Shown: piece after piece, positions 41,344 to 52,023 of the stretch
How positions within the stretch are numbered: position 1 is the first letter of the stretch
How the letters are laid out: each line of letters opens with the position of its first letter
Notes under the pieces: generated by a model
The model's input: only the letters and a program-made list of their open reading frames with translations
Told to the model about the DNA's origin: nothing
Databases searched by the model: none
Origin: Marispirochaeta sp.
GTDB taxonomy: Bacteria; Spirochaetota; Spirochaetia; JC444; Marispirochaetaceae
NCBI GenBank assembly: GCA_963676835.2
Contig: CAXXFF010000002.1
Location: 128,001-192,000, forward strand
Direction: 5' to 3'
Length of the DNA: 64,000 nt
Made by a program: the position numbers and the translations under genes

Positions 41344-43167
41344 TTATATCCGGCCGCGGCGTTCGTCCTTGAGACGACGCAGAAGATCTTTTACCGCCAG
41401 AGCCTTACTGTAATAGTAGCCCTGATGCAGAAAACATCCATGAGATTCCAGAAAATTCACATGCCCCTCTGTCTGCACACCCTCAGCCACAACCTCCAGA
41501 TTGAGGCTTTTTACCAGCCTTATGATACTCCGTACAATTTTCCGGTTTTTCTTTTCATGCAGCGCAGAAACAAAGGATTTATCAATTTTAATATAATCGA
41601 TGGGCAGGGTGGAGAGATGACTGAAAGAAGAATAGCCTGTACCAAAATCATCCACCATAAAGCTGAGTCCTGGATGGTTCTGCTTCAGTCTGATAATCTT
41701 CCGCCGGGTTTCTTCCGGCTCTTTAAGAAAAGCGCCTTCGGTGATCTCTATCTTAAGCCCCCGGGGATCCACATTATAACGGGACAGCATTACACTGACC
41801 ATCTCTTCAAATTTTGGATCTTCAAACTGCCGGGGACTCACATTTACGCTTATATATGCCTCGTAGTCATATTTCTGCAGATGGCCCAGCATACGGCAGG
41901 ATTTCCGCATAATTTCCGCCCCCAGAGGAATAATCAGCCCCGTCTCTTCAGCGAGGGATATAAAATTTTCCGGAGAAATATTTCCATCCCGGGGATGTTT
42001 CCAGCGGATAAGGGCTTCCATGCCAAAGATCCCCCGGCCGGTACGGTAGACAGGCTGGAATGCCACTTTTATCTGGGTGGTAAAAAGCGCTGCCCTCAGC
42101 CCCTCCTCAAGGTGCAGCCGCCGGGTAACCTGCCGGTTCATCTCCGTGGTAAAATAGCGGAAGGTGTTGCCCCGCTCTTTGGCTCTGTACATTGCAATAT
42201 CGGCATTGCTGATAAGGGTGGAAATCTCCCAGCCATCGTCGGGAATAACCGCAATTCCGACACTGACTCCCAGACTTATGGAGGGCATTTTCGGGTTATA
42301 CTGTATGGGATAGGGTTTTCGCACATCCTGAATGATCTTCCGTGCAACCACCGCCGCATCACTGGGATCTGCAAGATAGGGTAAAAGAACCACAAATTCA
42401 TCACCACCGAAGCGGAAAACATCCTCCCCGGATTCTTCACCATTCTGTTCAACCCGAAACACATGATCACTGTTCCTCAGGCAGCTGTGGAGCCTGTGGG
42501 AACATTCAACCAGAATATCGTCTCCCACATGATGCCCCAGGGTATCATTCACCTTTTTGAATCCATCCAGATCCAGGAAAAGCAGAGCTCCCTTCCTGTT
42601 CCCGTAGCGGCGCATCTCATCCAGATACGCCTTGAGAGAATCCTGAAAGAGATCACGGTTTCCAAGGGCAGTCAGCTTGTCATGATAGGCCAGATACCGC
42701 AGCTTACGTTCGGTTTTCTTCCGCTCCGTAATATCACGGATAATACAGGGAAGACTTTTCTTCCCCATTGTATCTACGGCAATCCCGAAGGAAATTTCCA
42801 GAGGGACTATTTCACCACTGCTGTTCCGGCCAAGTACTTCAAGATGATTTCCCAGCCCCCGTGCTTTCCGGGCATCCAGATCGAGGTTAAAATAGTCTGC
42901 CACCTGAGGAGCAATCCTGCGGTATTCCGATGCCGGAAAAAGCTTTTTAACAGGGGAGCCTACAATTTCAGCAGGAGCAATACCGAAAAGTGATTTTATA
43001 ACCGTATTGGCATAGAGGATTTCAAGCTCATCGGTAATCTGTATAATTCCGTCAGAGGTTGTTTCAGCCAGGGACCGGTAACGCTTTTTAAGATCTATAA
43101 GTTCATTGCGGTATTGTTCCAGTTCCAGCGACTCATCCTGAGCTGTACTGATTACACTAACATCCAT
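41344..43167 (-). CDS. PAS-GGDEF-EAL c-di-GMP enzyme
   Basis: RDITERK, DLDGFKKVNDTLGH, GGDEF, EALIRW, DDFGTGYSS. Confidence 0.95.
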   Translation of the reverse strand: MDVSVISTAQDESLELEQYRNELIDLKKRYRSLAETTSDGIIQITDELEILYANTVIKSLFGIAPAEIVGSPVKKLFPASEYRRIAPQVADYFNLDLDARKARGLGNHLEVLGRNSSGEIVPLEISFGIAVDTMGKKSLPCIIRDITERKKTERKLRYLAYHDKLTALGNRDLFQDSLKAYLDEMRRYGNRKGALLFLDLDGFKKVNDTLGHHVGDDILVECSHRLHSCLRNSDHVFRVEQNGEESGEDVFRFGGDEFVVLLPYLADPSDAAVVARKIIQDVRKPYPIQYNPKMPSISLGVSVGIAVIPDDGWEISTLISNADIAMYRAKERGNTFRYFTTEMNRQVTRRLHLEEGLRAALFTTQIKVAFQPVYRTGRGIFGMEALIRWKHPRDGNISPENFISLAEETGLIIPLGAEIMRKSCRMLGHLQKYDYEAYISVNVSPRQFEDPKFEEMVSVMLSRYNVDPRGLKIEITEGAFLKEPEETRRKIIRLKQNHPGLSFMVDDFGTGYSSFSHLSTLPIDYIKIDKSFVSALHEKKNRKIVRSIIRLVKSLNLEVVAEGVQTEGHVNFLESHGCFLHQGYYYSKALAVKDLLRRLKDERRGRI

Positions 43168-43296
43168 AAATCATTAAACCTTTTCTATTACAGGTTCCAG
43201 TATACCAGATTTTGCATACACTGGAACACTTTTATTCCGCTTTTTACTTTAATCCCCGATTCGGGACTAGTACTTTCTATTTATGAGGCTTAAGAA

Positions 43297-44196
43297 GTGG
43301 TTGAATACAAAGATCCTGTTGCAGAACAGATAAAAGCCTACATTCTGGACGATCCGCCCTTCTCCATGGACATCGGGAACACCACATCCGAGCCGGGATG
43401 GCACAAACTGAGATCCTCCGGCTCGCGAATATGGCTGCACGGCAGCGAAGAACTTGCTGCCGGTTTATGGAGCAGAGAGATAAGTGCCTACTATCTCAGT
43501 AACCGATCACTTCTTAACAGCCTTGAAACAGACTCTCCCGAGTTTCCCCTTATTGCAAAAGCCAACCAATTCCTGAAGGGCCTGCCTGAAAAAGAGAGAA
43601 CCCAGGAAATCCTTTTTATAATTCATGCAAAAAGGATATTACGGGTTTCCCGCATGCTCTCGGCACGGATAATTACAGAAATTCCTGCCGCCGATGAGAG
43701 CGCAGAGGATATCTGCCGTTACATACGCCGACTCTACCAGATTGCCCCGGAAACGATATCCCCTGTTCTTCCCTATACAAAAACAAATTCATCAGCAGCG
43801 GCAGCTCTATGCCCGGATAAAATACCCCTGACACTCTCAGGTATCCGCACTCCAGAAGAGGCCCTTATGGCAGCCGGATTTATAACCAGGGGCATAATCC
43901 TTCAAGCTCCTCCGGGGGTTACACCGGAATCACTGGCATGGGATACCATGGCCGCCTTGAAAGCAGTTGAAACCGAAACCAAAGCCCCGGATCTTATTAT
44001 AAACGGGGTTTCCGGCGAACAGGAGCTGATCAGCCTCAGCGGTTTTCCGGTAATCAATCTTCATGTGAATATTGCCAGTACATTACTGCACCAACCCGGA
44101 AGCAACGCGTCGCCGCTATCCGAGATGGAAGCCTCAGAACGGATAAGAACCTTAAGATCAGATGATTTTTACCAGAGAATAACTGCCCGGCTTTAA
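43297..44196 (+). CDS. Degenerate transaldolase-like protein
   Basis: GSRIWL..AGLWSREI..LSNRSLL..RTQEILFIIHA..YIRRLYQIAPE pattern parallels the transaldolase N-terminus; catalytic residues absent. Confidence 0.55.
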   Translation: MVEYKDPVAEQIKAYILDDPPFSMDIGNTTSEPGWHKLRSSGSRIWLHGSEELAAGLWSREISAYYLSNRSLLNSLETDSPEFPLIAKANQFLKGLPEKERTQEILFIIHAKRILRVSRMLSARIITEIPAADESAEDICRYIRRLYQIAPETISPVLPYTKTNSSAAAALCPDKIPLTLSGIRTPEEALMAAGFITRGIILQAPPGVTPESLAWDTMAALKAVETETKAPDLIINGVSGEQELISLSGFPVINLHVNIASTLLHQPGSNASPLSEMEASERIRTLRSDDFYQRITARL

Positions 44197-44299
44197 AACT
44201 CCTGTTGAGAACATTGAAAAAAACGTATAAAACAGGCGATTTCCAATAAAATTTCCTATACTTACACGAAGAACTTCGATTGAAAGAAGAAATTCAGGT

Positions 44300-45877
44300 A
44301 TGAGTGACATTGAACAGAAAGCAGTAAAAACCGGAAAGACTTTTCCTGCATCCCGAATCTCTATTCTCATTTTTTTCGTCGGTATGCTGATTGTTGCAGC
44401 CGGCAGATTCGTTACCTGGCTCCCCATGGGAATCGTCGCCCTTCCCGCCCTTTTTTATGTACTCAACGGATCACGCCGGGGAACGGTCTTCACCCTGCTG
44501 TTTCTGCCTGTACCGGTGGTAACCGCTATTCTCTATATCCCCCATGAATGCAGGTTGGGCCTGACTATCATTGCCTATTTAATTCAGATTCCCCTGGCTT
44601 TTACCCTGCAGTACCGGAAAGAACAGAGCGAACTGATTCTCCAGCGGCAAATATACTTTGACTGCCTCACAGGCCTTCCCAACCGTTATAAACTGCTTTC
44701 CGACCTGGGCACTTCAGAAATTCCTATACTGTTTCTGGTCAATATCGATGATTTCAAGGAGATCAATGATGTATTCAGCCCGAAAGCAGGAGATACAATA
44801 CTCTATGAACTCAGCCGGCTTATAGGAGATATAACCAGGGATGAACCCTGCAGGCTCTATCGTCTTACAGCAGATGAGTATGCCCTGCTGTTTGATAATA
44901 AACGCACCGCCCTGAGCAGGGCCCATCTTTCGAGGCTGGCAGAAAAAATCTGTAAAGAGGCCGCTGCGGCAACATTCGCCCTCAACTCCTCCGAAATCCG
45001 GCTCAGAGTTACCATAGGTATTGGAGATTCCCGCATTGAGAGCAGCGACAATCTCCTTGCCCAGGCGGATATGGCACTTAAAACAGCCAAGGCGGGGCAT
45101 AAATCCTTCCTGTTTTTTACCCAGACCATTGATACACGGAAGAATTATGAAAAGAACATACAGTCCTTACGGATTCTAACCGACGCCCTGGAAAACGGCA
45201 GAGTTATACCCTATTTCATGCCCATCTCCAATTCTGCCAGCGGCATAATAGAAAGCTACGAATGTCTTGCCCGGCTGGTGGATGCTGACAACAGAGTCTA
45301 TCCTCCCTACTTTTTCCTTGAAATAGCCAAAAAAGCCAGGCTCTATTCTCAGGTAACCCGAATGGTTTTTCAGAAGGCCGTTGAGTATTTCCGTAGCCGA
45401 CCCCATATGTTTACGGTAAATATTTCCATGGAAGACATTGATAACCCGGAAACTGTCAGCTTTTTTCTCGAAATTCTCGAAACCACTCCCGAAATACGGG
45501 GCAGACTTATCTTTGAAATACTTGAATCGGAGAGTATCGACAACTACCCCCAGGTGGTAACCTTTATTCAGCTGGTAAAAACCTACGAATGTCGAATAGC
45601 CATTGATGACTTCGGCTCGGGATACTCCAACTTTGAACACATTCCACGGCTCAGAATTGATTATATAAAAATAAATGGAGCCCTGATCCGTAATATTACA
45701 AAGAACAGGGAAACCCGGTTCATAGTGGAGAATATCAGCAGCTTTGCCCGGGGACTGGGCATTCAGACCATTGCGGAATATGTTGAGGACGATGAAATTC
45801 GTACTGAGCTGAAAAACATGCAGGTGGATTATCTGCAGGGATTTCTCATAGGCGAACCGGCCGAATCGGTAAAATAG
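44300..45877 (+). CDS. Membrane-bound degenerate-GGDEF + EAL phosphodiesterase
   Basis: N-terminal TMs, LTGLPN, TADEY (degenerate), ECLARL, DDFGSGYS, AEYVE, QG. Confidence 0.9.
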   Translation: MSDIEQKAVKTGKTFPASRISILIFFVGMLIVAAGRFVTWLPMGIVALPALFYVLNGSRRGTVFTLLFLPVPVVTAILYIPHECRLGLTIIAYLIQIPLAFTLQYRKEQSELILQRQIYFDCLTGLPNRYKLLSDLGTSEIPILFLVNIDDFKEINDVFSPKAGDTILYELSRLIGDITRDEPCRLYRLTADEYALLFDNKRTALSRAHLSRLAEKICKEAAAATFALNSSEIRLRVTIGIGDSRIESSDNLLAQADMALKTAKAGHKSFLFFTQTIDTRKNYEKNIQSLRILTDALENGRVIPYFMPISNSASGIIESYECLARLVDADNRVYPPYFFLEIAKKARLYSQVTRMVFQKAVEYFRSRPHMFTVNISMEDIDNPETVSFFLEILETTPEIRGRLIFEILESESIDNYPQVVTFIQLVKTYECRIAIDDFGSGYSNFEHIPRLRIDYIKINGALIRNITKNRETRFIVENISSFARGLGIQTIAEYVEDDEIRTELKNMQVDYLQGFLIGEPAESVK

Positions 45878-45934
45878 ACGGAATAAACAGAATATTTAAT
45901 TGCAGTCCCGGCAGTTGGGCGTTACCCTTTAGGT

Positions 45935-47014
45935 ATGGTAACAGAAGAAATGGTTAAGAATATTCCCAAGGTGGAGCTCCATGATCACCTCGACGGCGGA
46001 CTGTCCCCGGAGACTATCATCGACCTGGCGGGGGAGTATAAAGTTGACTTGCCTTCAATGGAGGCTGAGCCGTTAAGGGAGTGGTTTCACCGGGGTGCGG
46101 ATAGAAAAAACCTGGGACTCTACCTGGAAGGATTTGCCTACACCGTAGCAGTCATGCAGACAAGAAGTGCCCTTAAACGGGTGGCACGGGAACATATGCA
46201 TCATCTATCTGAAGACAATGTGGTCTACGGTGAAATACGCTTTGCCCCGATACTGCACCTGGAACAGGGGCTGAATCTCGAGGAAGTGGTAAAATCCGTC
46301 CTTGAGGGGCTTGAAGAAGGCAGGGAAGAGACGGGGGTTCAGTTCGGGCTGATTCTCTGTGCCATGCGCCATCAGAAGGTTTCTCTGGATATTGCAGAGC
46401 TTGCCGTAGCCTTCAGAGGCAAAGGCGTAGTCGGCTTTGACATTGCCGGCGACGAATTCGGTCACCCCCCCAAAAAGCACCTCGATGCATTTCAATACAT
46501 CAAAAACCGCAACTTTAATATTACCATTCATGCCGGGGAAGCCTTCGGTATCGAATCGATATGGCAGGCGGTACAAATCTGCGGAGCTCATCGGATAGGC
46601 CATGCAACCCGTCTCATAGAAGATATAGCAGTCCAGGGAACCAGAATTGAGCAGATGGGCACCCTGTCGGAATACATCCGGGATAAACGTATTCCCATGG
46701 AAATATGCCTTTCTTCAAATATTCAGACCGGCGCGGCGGACAATCTGGATTCCCACCCGTTTAATATCTACTATCGTAACAATTTTCGGGTAATGCTCTG
46801 CACTGATAACCGCCTTATGAGCAATACCTCCCTTACAAAAGAGATGGGCCTGGCGGTTGAGTACTACGGACTGGGACTCAGGGACCTGGAGAAACTGAGC
46901 ATAAATGCCATGAAATCGGCGTTTATCGGTTACGATGAAAGAATTGCGCTGATTTATGATGTACTGAAACCGGCATTTGCAAAAATAAGGGAGACCACAA
47001 ACCCCAACAGCTGA
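45935..47014 (+). CDS. add: Adenosine deaminase
   Basis: ELHDHLDG, DIAGDE, TIHAGE, RIGH, SN, TDNRLMS. Confidence 0.94.
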   Translation: MVTEEMVKNIPKVELHDHLDGGLSPETIIDLAGEYKVDLPSMEAEPLREWFHRGADRKNLGLYLEGFAYTVAVMQTRSALKRVAREHMHHLSEDNVVYGEIRFAPILHLEQGLNLEEVVKSVLEGLEEGREETGVQFGLILCAMRHQKVSLDIAELAVAFRGKGVVGFDIAGDEFGHPPKKHLDAFQYIKNRNFNITIHAGEAFGIESIWQAVQICGAHRIGHATRLIEDIAVQGTRIEQMGTLSEYIRDKRIPMEICLSSNIQTGAADNLDSHPFNIYYRNNFRVMLCTDNRLMSNTSLTKEMGLAVEYYGLGLRDLEKLSINAMKSAFIGYDERIALIYDVLKPAFAKIRETTNPNS

Positions 47015-47041
47015 TACCGGAATGAATCCACAGAAAAAAGA

Positions 47042-49813
47042 TCAACCGGGAAGATTCAGCTGATCAAGATATGTACGGAATCCACCCATTGCCTCAAAGA
47101 GTTCCGGCAGAAGCGTTTCCAGTTCTGCCTTGTTCCGGTTTTTTGCGGAAGCCTCCGCTTTTGCAGCGCTTTTTGAAAGAGGGTGGGCAAAGACATTCAT
47201 GGCCCCGCCCTTTATAGAGTGTATCTCACGATGAAGCAGGGGCCAGTCTTCTGCCGCAAAGGCTGCGGCAATAATATCATTCTGCCTTGCAAGGCTTTCA
47301 CTGAAAGCATTCAGCATGGAAGCTGCAACCTCACTCTGCCCCTCGACTTCATTCAACAGGGCCGGGTAGTCACAAATATCATCTCCTGAAGCGATATCAG
47401 CTGCGGATTGCCCGGAAGCCTGTTCTTTTTTCCCTGTCAGCCAGGCCCGAATCTCATCAAGAAAACTTTCCCTCCGCAGGGGTTTGGTTATTACCCCATT
47501 CATACCTGCCTGGCGGTACTGAACAAGATCCTCTGTGAAGGCATTGGCGGTTAATCCGATAATGGGGATATTTTCTTTTCCCAGAGACCGGCGTATATAG
47601 GTTGTTGCTTCCACACCATCCATTTCGGGCATCTGAATATCCATGAGAATCAGATCAAACCCGCCGGATTCCACCAGCTCAATTGCCTGGCGGCCATTCT
47701 CCGCCTCTTCCACCCTGCAGCCCAGAGATTCCAGATGAGTTCTGGCAATTACCCGGTTGGAAGGATAATCCTCCACCACAAGAACCCGTGGATTCCCCTG
47801 GATAAGTTTTGACTCGCTGCCGGATCCCGGATAGGCCGCGGAAAAGGCATTATGCCCGGGAACCATACAGGGCAGGGTAAACCAGAAACTGGAGCCTGAA
47901 CCCACTTCGCTGGTAAAGTGGATGGAACCCTTCATAATTCCGACCAGCTGCTTGGTTATCGTCATGCCCAGGCCGGATCCGCCGTACACCCTGGTCCGGG
48001 AGGAATCGCCCTGTTCGAAGCTTTCGAAAATACGGTCGGACTGTTCCTTCGGAATGCCTATGCCGGTGTCTGTTACGGTAAACTTCAGAACCAGCTCATG
48101 TTCATTAATTACTGAATCAACAGAAACCGTCAGAACTACAGAACCATGAGAGGTAAACTTCACCGCATTGCTGACAATATTGTCCAGAACCTGCCGCAGA
48201 CGAAACGAATCAGCCTCAATAATGGAGGGGACTCCCGGAGAGACCCGGGTCTGCCATTTCAGATTCTTTTCAGCACACTGAAGCTCAAAACTCTTGCCTA
48301 CACCATTAACAAACTCCGCAATGACAAAGGGCGAAGAGTCGAGAGAGATCTTACCGGCTTCAATCTTTTCTATATCCAGAAGCTGGTTAATAAGGGTGAG
48401 CAGACGCTCCGACTCATCAAGAATTACATCAACATTCTTCTGCTGCTTCGTTGTACAGCTTCGCCCCAGCATCTCACTGAAACCGATGATACAGTTCAGG
48501 GGAGTACGCATTTCATGGCTGATATTGGCAAGAAAACGGCTTTTTGCCTGGCTGGCATGACGGGCTGCGTCTATGGCGTCCTTCAAATCCGCATTAGCCT
48601 TCTGCAAGGCCCTGGTTCTGTCAAAAACCTTCTGTTCTGTTTTTTCCGAGTACAGCTCAAGTTCATCATGGAGCCGCATGGAACGGACCGCGAGGGAGGC
48701 AAAAATTCCCATGTCGAAAACAAAGATGCCGACTCCCTGCACCCAGAAATGAGGATAAACCCGCATGATCATAAAAATAATATCATGACTGCCAATCAGC
48801 CCTCCCAGGATTACACCGAACAGCATGGGCAGTGTATCCGGAACTCCTCTGCGATAGGCCCGGACTGTGATAATACCCATAAGAACAATCTCACAGGCCA
48901 GAGGAAAGAGGGAGAAGGCAAAAATATTGTCAATTTTAAGATTGGTTTTTCCAAAAATCAGGATGCTGAAAAAAGAGAGGGCACTGAGAAACCAGAAGTA
49001 GGGAAGAAGCTTACCGGCTTTGGATGCCTCCAGATATCTGACCACAAAGGCCGTCATAAGCGTAAAAGCAGGGAAAAAGACAGCCTTACTGAATCCGTAA
49101 AAGGGAATAAAGGGCAGCCAGGGAAACAGATATCCCATGCGCAGGAAATAGAGGGCCAGTCCGATATTGACAACGGAAAATACAAGGTTGTTTCGTTCCA
49201 CCGGACGGACAGCAAACTGCATGAGATAAAAAAGGGCCACAAAAAGAGAAAGAAATGAAAGAAAGCGATAAAGATCGACATTCATGAAATTAACCACTTT
49301 GTCGAAGTAGAAAAAATCATCATAAAAACCGAAAGCCGGGGGAATCAGGTTTACCCGGTCATACTCATAATACATTTGCATAAGCAGATCATTGGGTTCA
49401 TCGTAGCGCAGCAGACCCTCCGGAATCGCCGCATTTATAGATAATGCATCATGGTAGTGATAATCGGGAGGAGAAATTCCGTGGGAGACAACTTCAATAC
49501 CGTTTACAAAGACCTTCACCGAGGCCCAACGGCGGCCGAGAAACAGATACAGTTTTGTGCCCTTAAGCTGCGAAGGAACAACAAAATTGCTGCGCATGTC
49601 CACAGCAACATAGTCGCCGCTCTCCACCTGCAGCCGGGAAGGCAGATCCAGAGGCATCCACTCTGAAGATCCTCCCTCATCGGTACGGGAGTACATCCAG
49701 CCGCGATCAAGATAGGTTATTCCTTCAGAGTTAATTACCGTCTCGGATTGGGACCAGACAGGAAAAGAGAAGAGAATAGAGAGAAGGAGAAGAACAGTGG
49801 CAATCCGCATCAT
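47042..49813 (-). CDS. Hybrid sensor kinase (extracellular beta-sandwich + 7TM-DISM-like, HisKA, HATPase, REC, Hpt)
   Basis: SHEMRTPL, NAVKFT, DTGIG, GGSGLG, LMDIQMP, HSIKG. Confidence 0.93.
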   Translation of the reverse strand: MMRIATVLLLLSILFSFPVWSQSETVINSEGITYLDRGWMYSRTDEGGSSEWMPLDLPSRLQVESGDYVAVDMRSNFVVPSQLKGTKLYLFLGRRWASVKVFVNGIEVVSHGISPPDYHYHDALSINAAIPEGLLRYDEPNDLLMQMYYEYDRVNLIPPAFGFYDDFFYFDKVVNFMNVDLYRFLSFLSLFVALFYLMQFAVRPVERNNLVFSVVNIGLALYFLRMGYLFPWLPFIPFYGFSKAVFFPAFTLMTAFVVRYLEASKAGKLLPYFWFLSALSFFSILIFGKTNLKIDNIFAFSLFPLACEIVLMGIITVRAYRRGVPDTLPMLFGVILGGLIGSHDIIFMIMRVYPHFWVQGVGIFVFDMGIFASLAVRSMRLHDELELYSEKTEQKVFDRTRALQKANADLKDAIDAARHASQAKSRFLANISHEMRTPLNCIIGFSEMLGRSCTTKQQKNVDVILDESERLLTLINQLLDIEKIEAGKISLDSSPFVIAEFVNGVGKSFELQCAEKNLKWQTRVSPGVPSIIEADSFRLRQVLDNIVSNAVKFTSHGSVVLTVSVDSVINEHELVLKFTVTDTGIGIPKEQSDRIFESFEQGDSSRTRVYGGSGLGMTITKQLVGIMKGSIHFTSEVGSGSSFWFTLPCMVPGHNAFSAAYPGSGSESKLIQGNPRVLVVEDYPSNRVIARTHLESLGCRVEEAENGRQAIELVESGGFDLILMDIQMPEMDGVEATTYIRRSLGKENIPIIGLTANAFTEDLVQYRQAGMNGVITKPLRRESFLDEIRAWLTGKKEQASGQSAADIASGDDICDYPALLNEVEGQSEVAASMLNAFSESLARQNDIIAAAFAAEDWPLLHREIHSIKGGAMNVFAHPLSKSAAKAEASAKNRNKAELETLLPELFEAMGGFRTYLDQLNLPG

Positions 49814-49880
49814 GGGTACTCAACGGATTTAGAATACCCGAAGTCTCGACGAAAAGCTACACTAATGCTAAGAAGTAATT

Positions 49881-50306
49881 ATGAATATTCCTGTTTCAAT
49901 TATTGTAGCCTTGGCTGTTCAGCAGTTTTGCCAGATAATCAAATTTATCATCTATTCAGTCAGAGACAGGCGCATCAGCTTTCACTACCTTACCTCTTCC
50001 GGGGGAATGCCCAGCGCCCATTCCGCTTTTGTAACCGCTCTGTGTGTTTCTGTAGGCGTGCGCTCCGGTATGGGTTCCGAAACCTTCGCGGTGGCTGCAG
50101 TTCTGGCTTTTATTGTAATACATGACGCCTTCCGGGTCCGTGGAGCACTGCAGGAGGTGATTCATATTCTCAAGGCTGATCATCCGGAGAACGAACATGC
50201 TGCAGCGGCACTGCCGGAAACTGTCGGTCACAACAGCCGGGAAATAGTGGCTGGCATTATTATTGCCCTTTGTATAGCACTGCCGGTCTCAATCCTGCTG
50301 AAATAG
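49881..50306 (+). CDS. Divergent PAP2 family protein (DUF212)
   Basis: SGGMPSAHSA, VIHDA, VGHN..EIVAG. Confidence 0.9.
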   Translation: MNIPVSIIVALAVQQFCQIIKFIIYSVRDRRISFHYLTSSGGMPSAHSAFVTALCVSVGVRSGMGSETFAVAAVLAFIVIHDAFRVRGALQEVIHILKADHPENEHAAAALPETVGHNSREIVAGIIIALCIALPVSILLK

Positions 50307-50312
50307 AGGGGT

Positions 50313-50972
50313 TTACCAGGTTTTGTATGCATCGACTTCCCGGAGAGATATCTTCAGGCGCATCCTGACCGTATATTTTCCGGCCTGAACCCCCACGGTG
50401 GGTGTATCTATAAGAAACAGGCTGCCCTCAAGCCTTCGCGGCTTGTTGCGTATTCTGGCCCGGGCATACTCCCGCACAGCCTCCTTAAGGGCCTGCCGGT
50501 AGGCTTCCATTTTCCCTTCGTGGCCTAAAATATACCGCCCTTCTCCATAGCCGATAACACTGGGAATAGCAGCACTCAACCAGCTTGAGATACGCAGGTA
50601 CTCCTCTTTTTCCGGGTAATAACGGTAGAGCAGCATGGCCCTGTTTTCCCTGCCCCGGGCATCCACCGGCGGAGGAAGCCTGGTTCCAAGCTCCGCGGCG
50701 GATTCCAGAATAAATTCTTCCGAAATTCCACGGGTTCTGTCCAGGGGGCGGTAGGAGAAGGTATAGCCGTAGACCATTCCGGAAAGAAGAAACCCGGCCT
50801 CTGTATCGGCCAGTTCCCGGGCCTCAGTAAATCCCAGAGGAGAAAGAGACTCCCAGGAGGTATCCAGGTCTATCCAGATATCCGCCTCCACCGGCGGATA
50901 CTCCTGAGCAGTCAGGGGATGTATAAAGAGAGAAAGAATTATAAGAATGAGAAGAAATTTTTTCAGGGCCAA
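50313..50972 (-). CDS. Hypothetical exported protein
   Basis: Signal peptide; SGMVYGYTFSYRP, NKPRRLEG; overlaps the rhomboid stop. Confidence 0.75.
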   Translation of the reverse strand: MALKKFLLILIILSLFIHPLTAQEYPPVEADIWIDLDTSWESLSPLGFTEARELADTEAGFLLSGMVYGYTFSYRPLDRTRGISEEFILESAAELGTRLPPPVDARGRENRAMLLYRYYPEKEEYLRISSWLSAAIPSVIGYGEGRYILGHEGKMEAYRQALKEAVREYARARIRNKPRRLEGSLFLIDTPTVGVQAGKYTVRMRLKISLREVDAYKTW

Positions 50973-51613
50973 CGGCCGCCCCGGCCGCCGCCGCGGAAGA
51001 CATCCACCGGATTGATTCCAAGTCTGACAATAAAATAAATAAACGCAAATCCGAAGCCGGCCAGATGGGTCAGATGAGCAACTCCGCTGTTGCGGGACAT
51101 AAACTGTGAGTAAAGCTCAATTACCGTGTAGCCAATAACCAGGTGGGTGGCCTTCACCGGAAAAATTCCCATCAGGTAAATCCGGGCATTGGGATAGTAG
51201 ACAGCAAAGGCCAGAAGTACGGCAAAAACAGCTCCGGAAGCACCAAGCAGACGGATGTTGGTATTGCTCAGGTAAAACACCAGGAAACTGAACAGACCTG
51301 CCAGAAAACCGGAAAGAAGATAAAACAGGAGAAACTCACTGCTGCCCATGCGCTGTTCCACCTGGACTCCGAAAAAGAAAAGGCCAAGCATATTGAACAG
51401 AATGTGGGACATGCCTGCATGGGTAAACATGTAGGTGACAAACTGCCACAGATAGCCCCGGTAAATAATATCCACCGGTGTCATTGACATCAGGTAGATG
51501 GTTCGGGGTGCCATGTAGTTTATAAAATAGACCGCTACATTAATAAAAATAAGCACAAATACAATATTTGAGTAATGGTAGGCAAACGGCTTACGCAGTA
51601 TAGAATTTCTCAT
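50963..51613 (-). CDS. Rhomboid intramembrane serine protease
   Basis: WQFVTYMFTH, HILFNM, GASG, AHLTHLAG. Confidence 0.95.
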   Translation of the reverse strand: MRNSILRKPFAYHYSNIVFVLIFINVAVYFINYMAPRTIYLMSMTPVDIIYRGYLWQFVTYMFTHAGMSHILFNMLGLFFFGVQVEQRMGSSEFLLFYLLSGFLAGLFSFLVFYLSNTNIRLLGASGAVFAVLLAFAVYYPNARIYLMGIFPVKATHLVIGYTVIELYSQFMSRNSGVAHLTHLAGFGFAFIYFIVRLGINPVDVFRGGGRGGRWP

Positions 51614-51670
51614 ACCTGTTAAAAATACGGAGAAAAGATGGAGATGGTCAACAGTGGCAAAGCTGTGCGC

Positions 51671-51931
51671 TCAGGAGAGAACATCTACGGTTGCCCGGAC
51701 TTCTCCCTGAAGCCCTTCCAGATCGATGACAATATGCCAGGACCCTACTGACGGCGGGCGCATATCGACTCCGGGAGGATGATATAATCCCCCGGTAAAA
51801 CTATAGGGTTTTTTCAGCCGGTACTTCGCATAATTAAGCTCATCCATGAGCCGCACATTGGCATTACAGTTTATTTTAACCTGTATAAGCCTGTCCGGAC
51901 CGGCGTTAACTACGTAATGCAGAAATGTCAT
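51671..51931 (-). CDS. DUF1883-like small protein
   Basis: FLHY, ANVRLMDxxNY, GG, GSWHIVIDLxG. Confidence 0.75.
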   Translation of the reverse strand: MTFLHYVVNAGPDRLIQVKINCNANVRLMDELNYAKYRLKKPYSFTGGLYHPPGVDMRPPSVGSWHIVIDLEGLQGEVRATVDVLS

Positions 51932-52023
51932 AATCCTGTCCGCCTGTGTACTTTTTCATACTTCTTGATTACCATAGTATACATCCTTTGTAAGAATTAC
52001 TACCGGGAGGACGGAAAGTCAAG

